Assembly: GCA_038227875.1 (NCBI GenBank)
Contig: JBBRPR010000069.1
Coordinates: forward strand, 1-42,434
Direction: 5' to 3'
DNA: 42,434 bases
DNA from: Planctomycetota bacterium
GTDB lineage: Bacteria; Planctomycetota; SZUA-567; H5-PLA8
The stretch's first letter is position 1; each line of letters opens with the position of its first letter. This document shows, in pieces, positions 1 through 8,491 of the stretch. A program made the translations under genes and the position numbers. Under the pieces are notes generated by a model. The model made no database searches. It saw only the letters and a list, made by a program, of their open reading frames with translations, and had not been told where the DNA came from.

Positions 1-327
1 CGGCGGACAACTTCGACAATACGACTTTTCACCTCGGCCGCGACATTACGTCACTCGACCCAACGATGCCCGGGCAAACATTCTCGCTTCTACACGAAAA
101 TCAGCGGCATCGCCCTCGATTCATGCAACATGCAGGCTAGCGGTCGTACTCTGTTGCTGAACGATGAGTGGCTCGCTGCATACACGGCAAAATCCTTAGA
201 CGATATGCTTTGCGCAATTTTCACCTCCAATGTTTCTCAATGCGAAGAGGTGGATTTGGATTCCGTAGATCCCGAACGTGAAATTAAACGCAAGAGACTG
301 GATGAATATTATGGCGATGGCATCTAA
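1..327 (+). CDS. 3' end of hypothetical protein (truncated by window edge)
   Basis: Frame 1 is open from base 1 to TAA at 325-327; AT-richer than neighbours; followed by REP-like elements; no family recognised. Confidence 0.4.
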   Translation, partial: RRTTSTIRLFTSAATLRHSTQRCPGKHSRFYTKISGIALDSCNMQASGRTLLLNDEWLAAYTAKSLDDMLCAIFTSNVSQCEEVDLDSVDPEREIKRKRLDEYYGDGI

Positions 328-390
328 TCCGAGATCTGTGCGTCAGTTATCAGAAGGTATTGCCATAGAAATCCCCCGTCAAACGTTCAA

Positions 391-485
391 GCAATCCTCC
401 GGGGGCGTGCGGATTTCTTCGTGCGGCGAACCGGAGGTGTCGCTGCGCTCAACCCCCGGCTAAATTCTATGAACCCGCCGGGTTC
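391..485. repeat. REP-like multi-hairpin element
   Basis: Hairpins ccggaggtgtcgctgcgctcaacccccgg(ct) at 431-461 and gaacccgccgggttc at 471-485; same layout as neighbouring elements. Confidence 0.55.
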
Positions 486-563
486 TGAACGGGAGGCGGG
501 CGCGGATGTGATCGCAGGATGGGTTGAATTGAAATCGGTCACGTTCATTCGCGATCTGCAGGA

Positions 564-669
564 GCGTCGTGAGCGCTGATCTCGCTCTTTCAGAGCTCTC
601 GAAAATTCGCGCGGATTTTTTCCAGGGGCGTTGCCCCTGGCTTTCTCATGTTGCTCCTTGGAGCAGGTG
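564..669 (+). repeat. REP-like three-hairpin element, copy 1 of a ~105-bp direct repeat
   Basis: gctctttcagagc / ccaggggcgttgcccctgg / tgctccttggagca hairpins; near-identical to 1491-1601. Confidence 0.85.
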
Positions 670-775
670 TTGGGACGAAGACGTTGAGAAGAAAGGGCAC
701 GCTACGCAGCAGGTTGAGCAAGCGGGGCCAATTATGGCGGGGTCATCGGCGCGCACATTTTGAAACCGCGGTTTT

Positions 776-1018
776 GTCCCGAAGGGACGTTGGAGCTTAG
801 CCGGGGGCAGGGCCTGACGGGACGAGCCCCGGAACGGAATTCTCTTCGGTATTCAGGGCCCTCGAAAGAATGATGTTTTGGAAAATTGACGCGGGGAGCT
901 CGAATTGAAATGCGTCATTCCGGCACCCTTTCAGGGTGCGATTGCTTTGGGGGAATCCGGTCCGGGGGCTCGGCCTTTCAGGCCGGCCCCCGGCTAAGCT
1001 CCGTTGTCCCTGCGGGAC
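776..1018. repeat. Inverted REP doublet (REPIN/MITE-like)
   Basis: gtcccgaagggacgttggagcttagccgggggc...cccccggaacggaat (776-~845) is the near reverse complement of ~948-1018 (...ccgggggctcggcctttcaggccggcccccggctaagctccgttgtccctgcgggac); internal gcaccctttcagggtgc hairpin. Confidence 0.8.
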
Positions 1019-1108
1019 TTGAAGTGGAGCCGTTGGGTCGAAGTGCCGGAGGGCGTGACGCGCGCGCATCGGCCTGATCACAGGATTTTTTAAAGGGGAG
1101 TCTGTCGT

Positions 1109-1375
1109 TTATTGTGTTTTCCAAAGATGGGGTATGACCAGAAGACACCAGACAGAACCGATCCAACTTAGGATAAAAAGAAGGCCATAAAGCGCCATTT
1201 TATTCCGCCACCGCTGTCCCTCTTTGGATAGGAGAGAGTCCATGTAGGGCAGCAGCGGATGTAACGGATGAACGCCCGGAATGCGATTTGCCACCATTTT
1301 ACACATCGAACTGAACATTTGTGCGCCCGAGAACACGCCCATTAAAACGAATGCTCCGCCGAGGCAATATAACAT
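1109..1375 (-). CDS. Small hypothetical membrane protein (two hydrophobic helices)
   Basis: 88-aa ORF, AT-richer, hydrophobic N- and C-terminal segments; lies between REP-like direct repeats. Confidence 0.45.
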   Translation of the reverse strand: MLYCLGGAFVLMGVFSGAQMFSSMCKMVANRIPGVHPLHPLLPYMDSLLSKEGQRWRNKMALYGLLFILSWIGSVWCLLVIPHLWKTQ

Positions 1376-1490
1376 TCAGGTACGGTACACCGAAGACTTA
1401 CCATCCGTCAATTGGGCAGAAGAATGGGCGACATGCGTGAGCTGGGCCATGGTTCTGGAAAATGCGGGAGAGCTCGCGAGCGCTGAATGG

Positions 1491-1601
1491 GCGTCTTGAG
1501 CGGCGATCTCGCTCTTTCAGAGCTCCGCAAAACATCGGGGGGAGGAATTTTTCCAGGGGCGTTGCCCCTGGCTTTCTCATGTTGCTCCTTGGGAGCAGGT
1601 G
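1491..1601 (+). repeat. REP-like three-hairpin element, copy 2
   Basis: Shares gatctcgctctttcagagctc and tttttccaggggcgttgcccctggctttctcatgttgctccttgg exactly with 564-669. Confidence 0.85.
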
Positions 1602-1735
1602 CGAAGAAAATGAAAAGAAGGATCAGACCAAGGACCTCGAGGAATGTGAAGATGAAAGCGTGGGGTTGTTAAATAGGATTCGTCTGTAGCCAATATTCAC
1701 ACAATCGATACATGTCTTGACTTACGGGAGCGACC

Positions 1736-2890
1736 ATGGTCTCAGCGTTTCTTCGCGTGTTGCTCGTCCTCATTATTGTCTCTGCCTTGGTTCTGATTTA
1801 CATTCTCGCGACCGCAGGTGTGGGCGCGTTCTTTAAGGCACTGGGAATCATCCTTGTGCTGTTCATTGTTCTGGCGTTCGTTGTCCTGATTGCACTGCGT
1901 CTGCTTATCAATACGGTGGCCAAGAAGCTCGTCGGGGCGCTGGCGGGCATGCAGCATCCTGGCACGCCGCGCCGGATACAATTGGTACCAAAGCCCGACC
2001 TGGCCTGGAGCGATCCCGCAGCGGTGCAACAGCAAACGGATGACTTTCTGCGTCTGGGTTTCGCGGAGGCAGGAACGTTCGAAATCGAACAGATACCCAA
2101 CATGAAACTGCGTGGATTCTGTCTCGCGTCGGAATCGATTCATGGCGTGTTGTACGAATCGGCAGACTCGGGAGTCTGGTCGGATCTCATCTGCTACGTC
2201 AATGATGGCCGGCAATGGTTGCATTACACGTACACCAATTCTCCCAGCGAACACCTGGGAGTTCTGAAAAAGCCGCCTCACAGCGTCAACGTTAGAGCCC
2301 CGGGTGTTGAACTCTCGAAACTGCTCCAACGGTTGATTAAAGAACGCATGGCAGGCGAACGCCGTGAGGTTACGGTCGGCGATTTTAAGACTCGTTTTGA
2401 AACAGCATGGGCGGAGGAGATCGACTGGCGTAATTCGCAGGGCGGACCGACGGAAGATGAAGTGCGCGCGATCGCCGGCATCGGTGGAAACGTTCCGAAA
2501 GATGATGTATTGGAAATTGCGCGCGAGCAACTGACGGTCAAAGCCCTGGAGCAACTGGAGGAATCGCTGCTGGAAAACTTTGTGGCCCAACATCCAGCCA
2601 CAGTGGCCACTGAACTTGTTGCGATTCACGACAGGCTGAGGCCCAAAGATGTCGCACGAAAACTGCGCCATCCGTCAACGCACGGGATTGTCCCGGACGT
2701 GTTGGAGGAAAAGGGCGTAAAAGATCTGCCGCCAGGGATGCCGCGGGTGGTGTTCGCGGCTGTCAATCAGGAGCGACCGGTCGAATCGCGATTCACCTGG
2801 CTGGGAGCAATCGAGAAACCCATTTCAGCTGACGTGTATCGTCTGCCGCCGGAATTCATGCGCGCTGCAGATGATTCAGGACGGGGTTAG
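1736..2890 (+). CDS. Hypothetical membrane-anchored protein (two N-terminal TM helices, soluble C-terminal domain)
   Basis: 384-aa ORF, GGGAG SD before ATG, strongly hydrophobic first ~60 aa. Confidence 0.8.
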   Translation: MVSAFLRVLLVLIIVSALVLIYILATAGVGAFFKALGIILVLFIVLAFVVLIALRLLINTVAKKLVGALAGMQHPGTPRRIQLVPKPDLAWSDPAAVQQQTDDFLRLGFAEAGTFEIEQIPNMKLRGFCLASESIHGVLYESADSGVWSDLICYVNDGRQWLHYTYTNSPSEHLGVLKKPPHSVNVRAPGVELSKLLQRLIKERMAGERREVTVGDFKTRFETAWAEEIDWRNSQGGPTEDEVRAIAGIGGNVPKDDVLEIAREQLTVKALEQLEESLLENFVAQHPATVATELVAIHDRLRPKDVARKLRHPSTHGIVPDVLEEKGVKDLPPGMPRVVFAAVNQERPVESRFTWLGAIEKPISADVYRLPPEFMRAADDSGRG

Positions 2891-2960
2891 TGCTGAGATT
2901 CAGCACGCGCGTCTTCGATCAACGGAGCGTGAATTTCCAAGTCAGAGTTTTCGAGCAACT

Positions 2961-3066
2961 GCCGGAAAGCCGGCTGAAGCCGTCTGCGGGGGAAGAGGCA
3001 GGGGCTGTCACCACCACTTGAAAGTGGTGGCAAGCAACGGCTTGAACGGCAACGGCATAGGCAACT
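2961..3066. repeat. REP-like hairpin element
   Basis: agccggctgaagccgtct, perfect ccaccactt-ga-aagtggtgg hairpin (3011-3030), then caacggc-like repeats. Confidence 0.5.
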
Positions 3067-3197
3067 GATGGAAAAAGCTATGGCTAGGGCGGTTACGTTC
3101 GCGCGTCAGGCCTGCGAATAGTCCTGATTTCTTGAAAATTCGCGTCACCTTCACCCGCTTGTCTCTGTACGACAATTAGAAAGCGCGAGGGCAGCCG

Positions 3198-4967
3198 GTG
3201 GAACCTGACAACCTTGAACTTCTGAGCGATGAAGCGCTGGCGCAACGTGCCCGGGATGGGTGCGGGGGGGCGCTGCAGCTGTTGCTGGAGCGGATGGCTC
3301 CGGTGGCGGTGCGGGCGGCGGCGGGGATTCTGGGGCGGCGGGATGAGGCTTGCGATGTGGCTCAGGAGACGCTGCTGAAGATCGCCTGCGAGATCGGCGG
3401 CTACCGGGCGCATGGTTCGGTGCGCGGGTGGGTTGGCGTGATCGCGCATCGCACGGCGCTGAATCGATTGAAAGGGGACGTCATGCGGCGGCGGCGGGAA
3501 GAATGGGTCGGGCATGACGCGGTCGCACCCATGGATTCCGTGGATCCCGAACGTGTGCTCGAAAAACACGAGATGATTGAGGCGCTGCGGCAGGAATTGT
3601 TGGAACTGCCGGCGCTGAGTGTTGAAGTTTTGAGTCTCTACTATTTGCAGGAAGTGCCGCTGGCGGACGTGGCGGTGCAGACGGGGCTGTCCGTTGACGC
3701 GTGCAAGCAGCGGCTCGCGCGGGGGCGCGAAGAGCTGGGCGCTCGGTTGCGCCGGCGCGGGATGTCGCTGGCCTGCCTGGTGCTGCTGGGGTGGCTGTGC
3801 GATTCGGCGCGCGCGGCGGCCAGCGAGACGACGCCGGCGTGCGCGGCGGCGTGGGCTTCGGCGGCGGTGCGGCAGTCGCGCAGCCAGGGTCTGAGCAGAG
3901 TCTCACGGATGCGTACCGCTAGCACGGGGACGGGAGCGGCGCTGATCAGTTCGATTGCTTTATTTGTCGTACTCGCCTTGTTTATGGCTGGTGCTTGCAG
4001 CGGACGCGCGCAGAGCACGATTCCATTTCCATCCGGCCAACCCGGCGAACTTTCCAAGCATCGCGAGCATCGCGAACCCGGGTTGACGGAAATCCCACGG
4101 CTGTCGCCGGCGGGAACTCAAACACTGCACACACACATGGAGAATTCCGAGATGAACGGGTACTTGCGTAAAGTTGCAGCCAGCGTGGCGCTGGCGAGCG
4201 GGATGTTGTTTTCGTCCCGGGGCACAGCAGCCGAAGGGGCAGTGAAGGCGGACACCGTTCCGGTGCTATCCACGCCGCTGTTCACGTTTCAGACCGTGGA
4301 GACCATCCAGGTTCCAGAGACATCTGTGAGGGTCCCGCTGGAGGACGTCGTGGACGCGCTGAAGTCGACGCCGGAGGCCTCGCTGGCAAAGATTCCGGGC
4401 AATGATTTGACGGCCAAAGCCAAGTATCTGCTGGAGTGCGCGTCGGTCTCCAAAAGTATCGTGACGACGCCGGTGTCGGATTTCAAAATGAACACCGATA
4501 CGCACAGTGGATTCGGATTTAATGCGGTGATGTACAGCGGCAGCGGTAAATCGATCCTCTTCAACGCGCCGGCTCCCGCTGCCACGGGCACCGGCGACAA
4601 GGGGAACGCCGCGGCGCCGACATCACCGGAAGCGGACACCACGATCGCGGCGGTGTTGAATCCAGAGAAGCCGGAATTTTCGATCCAGATCCATGCTCTG
4701 GATGCAGGCCCGACGGCGCCGGACAGCAGGCGGACGGCCGAATTTGCGGACGCCATGTCTAAAGCCCTTGACGACGCGTTCACATTGACGCCGGAACAGA
4801 AAGCGGAGATGCAGGCGAAGGCCAAGGCGGCGGCGGCGTCCGGGACGCTGGTGGACACCCCCGATAAGATTGACGGGAAGGTTTACACGTTCGAACTCAA
4901 CAAGGCGGCAGCACCCGCGGCGGCGGCGCCAGTAACTCCGGCGAGTGCGGAGAAGAACGACTTCTAG
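3198..4967 (+). CDS. ECF (sigma-70 family) RNA polymerase sigma factor with TM segment and long C-terminal extension
   Basis: Sigma2 (DEACDVAQETLL...SVRGWVGVIAHRTALN) and sigma4 (LPALSVEVLSLYYLQEVPLADVA...KQRLARGREEL) motifs; hydrophobic segment AALISSIALFVVLALFMAGAC; GTG start. Confidence 0.85.
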   Translation: MEPDNLELLSDEALAQRARDGCGGALQLLLERMAPVAVRAAAGILGRRDEACDVAQETLLKIACEIGGYRAHGSVRGWVGVIAHRTALNRLKGDVMRRRREEWVGHDAVAPMDSVDPERVLEKHEMIEALRQELLELPALSVEVLSLYYLQEVPLADVAVQTGLSVDACKQRLARGREELGARLRRRGMSLACLVLLGWLCDSARAAASETTPACAAAWASAAVRQSRSQGLSRVSRMRTASTGTGAALISSIALFVVLALFMAGACSGRAQSTIPFPSGQPGELSKHREHREPGLTEIPRLSPAGTQTLHTHMENSEMNGYLRKVAASVALASGMLFSSRGTAAEGAVKADTVPVLSTPLFTFQTVETIQVPETSVRVPLEDVVDALKSTPEASLAKIPGNDLTAKAKYLLECASVSKSIVTTPVSDFKMNTDTHSGFGFNAVMYSGSGKSILFNAPAPAATGTGDKGNAAAPTSPEADTTIAAVLNPEKPEFSIQIHALDAGPTAPDSRRTAEFADAMSKALDDAFTLTPEQKAEMQAKAKAAAASGTLVDTPDKIDGKVYTFELNKAAAPAAAAPVTPASAEKNDF

Positions 4968-5072
4968 GCGAAAGTGGAAAGCGCAGAGGCAGGGCGGATC
5001 GCACAGGCGCGAATACTTTATCGCGTGCTGTGCGATCTGTTTTTGCCAAATGGGTTCGTATGCGCAATCGGC

Positions 5073-6478
5073 TCAGCTTTTGACCACATTTACATGCGTC
5101 AGCGGGTGCCAGCCGTCGTCGAGCAGGTCGGCGAGGGCCAGCTTGACTCGGGCGCGGCCGGTCGCGTCGACGATGGCGCAGTCGACGCGCGCGGGGCCTT
5201 GTTGGAGCGTGGCGGGGATGCGCAGCGATTCCTGTTCGAAAGAAAAATCGGGAAGCCAGCGGCGGATGTCGGCGGAGAAGCGCACGAGCTCCGTGTGCGT
5301 GCCCTGGACGAAGCGGAGCGCGAAGGCGTAGGGCGTGTAAATCGGCGCGACGCCGCGGTTGTCGATGGTCAGCGATGCCTGCACCGGCTGCCCGGGGACG
5401 ACTTCGCGCGGCAGCATCAACTGGTGGAGATGGTAGCGGTAACCGAGGCGGTTTTCGAACGCGGTCCACGCGTCTTTCCATTCGGCGGGGATCTCGACGC
5501 TCTTGGCCATGAACGTTGACGGGTGGTACTTCAGGCATTGCTCGAGTTGCCAGCGGATGTCGCGGCTGAAGCCTTCGGCCTTGAGCAGATGCCAGACGGT
5601 GTGGTAAGGCTCCAGCGATACGGGGGCGTGCATCCACGTGTCGCGCAGACCCTGCGCGATGAGATGGCGCGGGTATTCATCGTACATGTGATGCCAGACC
5701 AGGCCGTCGGGGACGATTCCAGGCGCGCGGAATTTGACGTCGAGGAACCCGTCGCCGCGCCAGCCGATGTTCTTGCGCTTCAAGCGCGCCGCGTGCGCGC
5801 AGCCGTCGGTGCCGATCATCGAGAGCAGGAACGTGTCGGGAAACGCAGCGACATACGCGTCGACCAGCGCGGCGGCGACGTCGGGCGTGGCGTTGCCGCC
5901 CATTTCGCCGTAGCGGCCGCCGTAGGCGACGTCGACGCTGTCGAGATTGGGATGGGCGTTGAATTCCTTGCCGACCGCGGCGACGAAGCGGCACCAGTGT
6001 TTCAGGTAGAGCGGATCGTTGCAGTCGATGTCCGGTCCCGGCCGGCCGTCTTCCGGCAGCAACTTTGCGCCGAGGGCTGTGTACCACTTCGGAATGTCGT
6101 CGAGCACGTAGGGTTCGAAGCGGATCTGGAGACTCTGGCCGTGCTGTTCGGCGGATTGCAACGCGGAGTGGATAAAGTCGAAGCGGTAGCGTCCCTGCTC
6201 CGGTTCAAGCACGCTCCACGGCCAGCGGCAGTACGAGACGCGCGTGGGCGGATAGAAGCCGACGTACGGCGGCTTGCTGGCCGACGGCGGTGCGAACGTG
6301 ACGGGACCGGATTCGTCGTGCCAGGAGTGATCGGCCTGGAGCGCGTCGCCTCGAAGCGCTGAAACGTGGTGACACCGCGGTGCGGGTTGTTGAGCGGCTG
6401 ATCGGTGCCGGCCGGACGGACGCGTTGGATGCGTTCGGCGGCGGCGAAGCCGGCGGACCATTCGGGGTAGGTTAGCAT
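5073..6478 (-). pseudogene. DUF4832-type / beta-galactosidase-like glycoside hydrolase with a 1-nt frameshift near 6350 (pseudogene or sequencing error)
   Basis: N-terminus MLTYPEW...PLNNPHRGVTTFQRFE (ATG 6478) is in a different frame from the body GDALQADHSWHDESGP...YCRWPWSVLEPEQGRYRFDFI...GRYGE...RLGYRY...NRGVAPIY. Confidence 0.7.
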
Positions 6479-6484
6479 GTGTAG

Positions 6485-6628
6485 GAATGTCGAATGGCGA
6501 AGGACGAATGTCGAATGAAAAAAGCGATGCGCGAAGGATGCACTCGACGACAATTTTCAATTTTGAATTCTTAATTTTGAATTGTTGCCGAGAAGTAATT
6601 CAAAATTAAGAACTCAAAATTATAAATT
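6485..6628. repeat. Heptamer tandem repeats: (GAATGTC)-like x5, then an AT-rich (AATTTTG)-type inverted pair forming a long hairpin
   Basis: gaatgtc gaatggc gaaggac gaatgtc gaatgaa (6485-6519); aattttgaattcttaattttgaatt pairs with aattcaaaattaagaactcaaaatt (arms 6552-6583 and 6597-6628). Confidence 0.8.
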
Positions 6629-6643
6629 ACTTAGAGTGCCCGC

Positions 6644-7330
6644 TTACTTCTTCAGCGGGTTGACACCGGCGGGTTTTTGGGCTTCGGTGGAGATGACCCA
6701 CTGGTCGAGCTTCGGGCCGTCTTCGCGGACGTTGAACCAGAGCGTGTGCGGGCCCTTCGAGAGTTCGAAAGCTTTGGGGGCTCCGCCGACCCAGAGCGGG
6801 TGCCAGTCCCATGCGTAATTTTTCTCGCTGACCAATCCTGCTTCGTCTTCGAGGTTAAACCACGTGCCGTCGTCGATCTTCACCCACACGGAGTTGCCGC
6901 AGTTGTCGCGCCACTTGGCGCGGAGGTAGACGTAGTACGCATCTTTGCGCGGCGCGTCGAAAACATAGCTCGCACGGCCCGGGAGTTTCGCGGGCTCCTT
7001 CTTGTCGTCGCCCAAATTGCAGCGATCGATGAAGCCGTTGTCGACTTCCAGGTACTTCACCGTCGTGCCATCGCTGATCTCGTGAATGTGGAGGACTTCC
7101 ACCTTGCCGTCTTTCGTCTTCGCGTCGATCGTCGTCGGCTCTTCGCATTCGAGCACGATCTTGGCGGGGAAGACCGGCGCGGCGTCGGTGGCGGTGGACG
7201 TGTCATTTTTGACGACGACGGGTGTGCCCGGCGTCGGTCCGCCGTCGACGACCACTGGCGCGGAACGGCCGAACACCAGGACTGCTCCGATCACGACCAG
7301 CACCGCTATACCTGCGATCAGTCCGCGCAT
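6644..7330 (-). CDS. Membrane-anchored/secreted protein with a probable beta-sandwich carbohydrate-binding-like domain
   Basis: GGAG SD then ATG 7330; N-terminal hydrophobic helix; C-terminal NSVWVKIDDG...WDW...HTLWFNVREDGPKLDQ pattern. Confidence 0.75.
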   Translation of the reverse strand: MRGLIAGIAVLVVIGAVLVFGRSAPVVVDGGPTPGTPVVVKNDTSTATDAAPVFPAKIVLECEEPTTIDAKTKDGKVEVLHIHEISDGTTVKYLEVDNGFIDRCNLGDDKKEPAKLPGRASYVFDAPRKDAYYVYLRAKWRDNCGNSVWVKIDDGTWFNLEDEAGLVSEKNYAWDWHPLWVGGAPKAFELSKGPHTLWFNVREDGPKLDQWVISTEAQKPAGVNPLKK

Positions 7331-7361
7331 GTTGCTTTCTCCGTCTGGCATCCGCCGACCT

Positions 7362-7379
7362 TGGTACAAATTTGTACCA
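7362..7379. promoter_or_regulatory. Perfect 18-bp palindrome, candidate transcription-factor operator
   Basis: TGGTACAAATTTGTACCA about 30 bp upstream of the 7330 start. Confidence 0.45.
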
Positions 7380-7548
7380 GGGTATGGTGGCTGTCGGGCC
7401 TACGTAACTTCCATCTTTAACTTAAACTGTTCCTAAAAGGGCGCAACCGCTATCCCTATTAGGGGATGTGCGCGGGCCCTCTATTTATTCGAACGTTCTG
7501 ATGGGCGTTGAGGTTACATCGATTGTGCGGGATTGTGGCGCAATCGCG

Positions 7549-8241
7549 CTATTTTTGCGCGGGGGCTTGGATCTTGGGCACCAGCAGCGGGTTGCGCTCG
7601 GCGGATTCCGGTTCAGTTCGCGCGGCGGCGGAGGCTTCAGCAGGCTCTTCGGGGTCTTTCTTGTTGCGGTGGCGCAGCCATTGCACCAGCACGAACAGCG
7701 CGACGATTCCGATGGCCGTATAAATAATGGTGTGCATGTAGGCCATGTATTTGTCGAGCTGCGCGCTCATGAAATACGCAATATAGATGGAGATTGGGCA
7801 GGAGATCAGCGCACCGAGCAGATCCCAGAAGAAAAACGTCCAGTAGGACATGCCCATCGACCCGGCCATGAAGAATGTGGGCATGCGCAGCCCAGCCAGG
7901 AAGCGCGCGCCGAAGATGGCTTTCGAGCCGCGGCGTTCGAAGAACTTCTGCGTCTTTTCGATGTGCGACGGCTTGACGATCTTCGCGAACCAGCGGTGCT
8001 GCAGGAACGAGAGTCCGTAGCGCCGGCCGATGAAGAACGGGATGGAATCGCCGGCCATGATGCCGATCAGGCCGCAAACGCACAGCCCGTAGATGTTGGC
8101 GCCATGCTTGGCGCCGATGAGTCCGGCGCTGATGAAGGTGACTTCTTCGGGAATCGGGACGCCCATGCCGCAGACGATGAGCGTTAAAATGAGGCCGCCG
8201 TAGAGCGCGTTGCCGAGCATTGAATTGATGAAATCGCCCAC
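7549..8241 (-). CDS. dedA: DedA family membrane protein
   Basis: GVPIPEE, GDSIPFFIGRRYG, FFERRGSKAIFGARFLAGLR motifs; GGAAGG SD before GTG 8241. Confidence 0.9.
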   Translation of the reverse strand: MGDFINSMLGNALYGGLILTLIVCGMGVPIPEEVTFISAGLIGAKHGANIYGLCVCGLIGIMAGDSIPFFIGRRYGLSFLQHRWFAKIVKPSHIEKTQKFFERRGSKAIFGARFLAGLRMPTFFMAGSMGMSYWTFFFWDLLGALISCPISIYIAYFMSAQLDKYMAYMHTIIYTAIGIVALFVLVQWLRHRNKKDPEEPAEASAAARTEPESAERNPLLVPKIQAPAQK

Positions 8242-8389
8242 CGCGCACCTTCCCTGCCGCACCAACTCTGCGGATAATGTCTTACGCTATCTCGACGTTT
8301 CAACGGATGCAACCTTATACTAAATCGGCGATTTTACACGGCTTCCGCAGGGTTGTACGGGATTGTGAAAGTTCACGGCGGGTTAACAG

Positions 8390-8419
8390 TTCCCTTCGGG
8401 CCACGTGGCCCGAAGGGAA
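8390..8419. repeat. Perfect 30-bp palindrome in divergent intergenic region
   Basis: TTCCCTTCGGGCCAC|GTGGCCCGAAGGGAA. Confidence 0.7.
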
Positions 8420-8491
8420 ATGCGCTTGGGTACGATTGCGCTTGCATCCCTTCTGCGGTTGTGACAGCCTAGCCGCTTCGTAGGAGGGACC

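Noticed and set aside
1376..1450. In-frame TGA between a short upstream ORF (MAQLTHVAH...YRT) and the 88-aa ORF, possible selenocysteine/readthrough
   Set aside because: No redox-motif context or recognisable SECIS; an ATG directly follows the stop
564..1601. Integron attC cassette array or CRISPR interpretation of the direct repeats
   Set aside because: No RYYYAAC...GTTRRRY ends, no integrase, only two copies about 930 bp apart
1602..1665. Minus-strand hydrophobic stretch (FTFLEVLGLILLFIFFA) resembling the TM of the 1736 gene
   Set aside because: In-frame stop just upstream, no start; similarity is low-complexity hydrophobic
3140..3175. Possible ECF autoregulatory promoter (GTCACC...CGAC) upstream of the sigma gene
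   Set aside because: Spacing is uncertain and no second matching site was found to support a consensus
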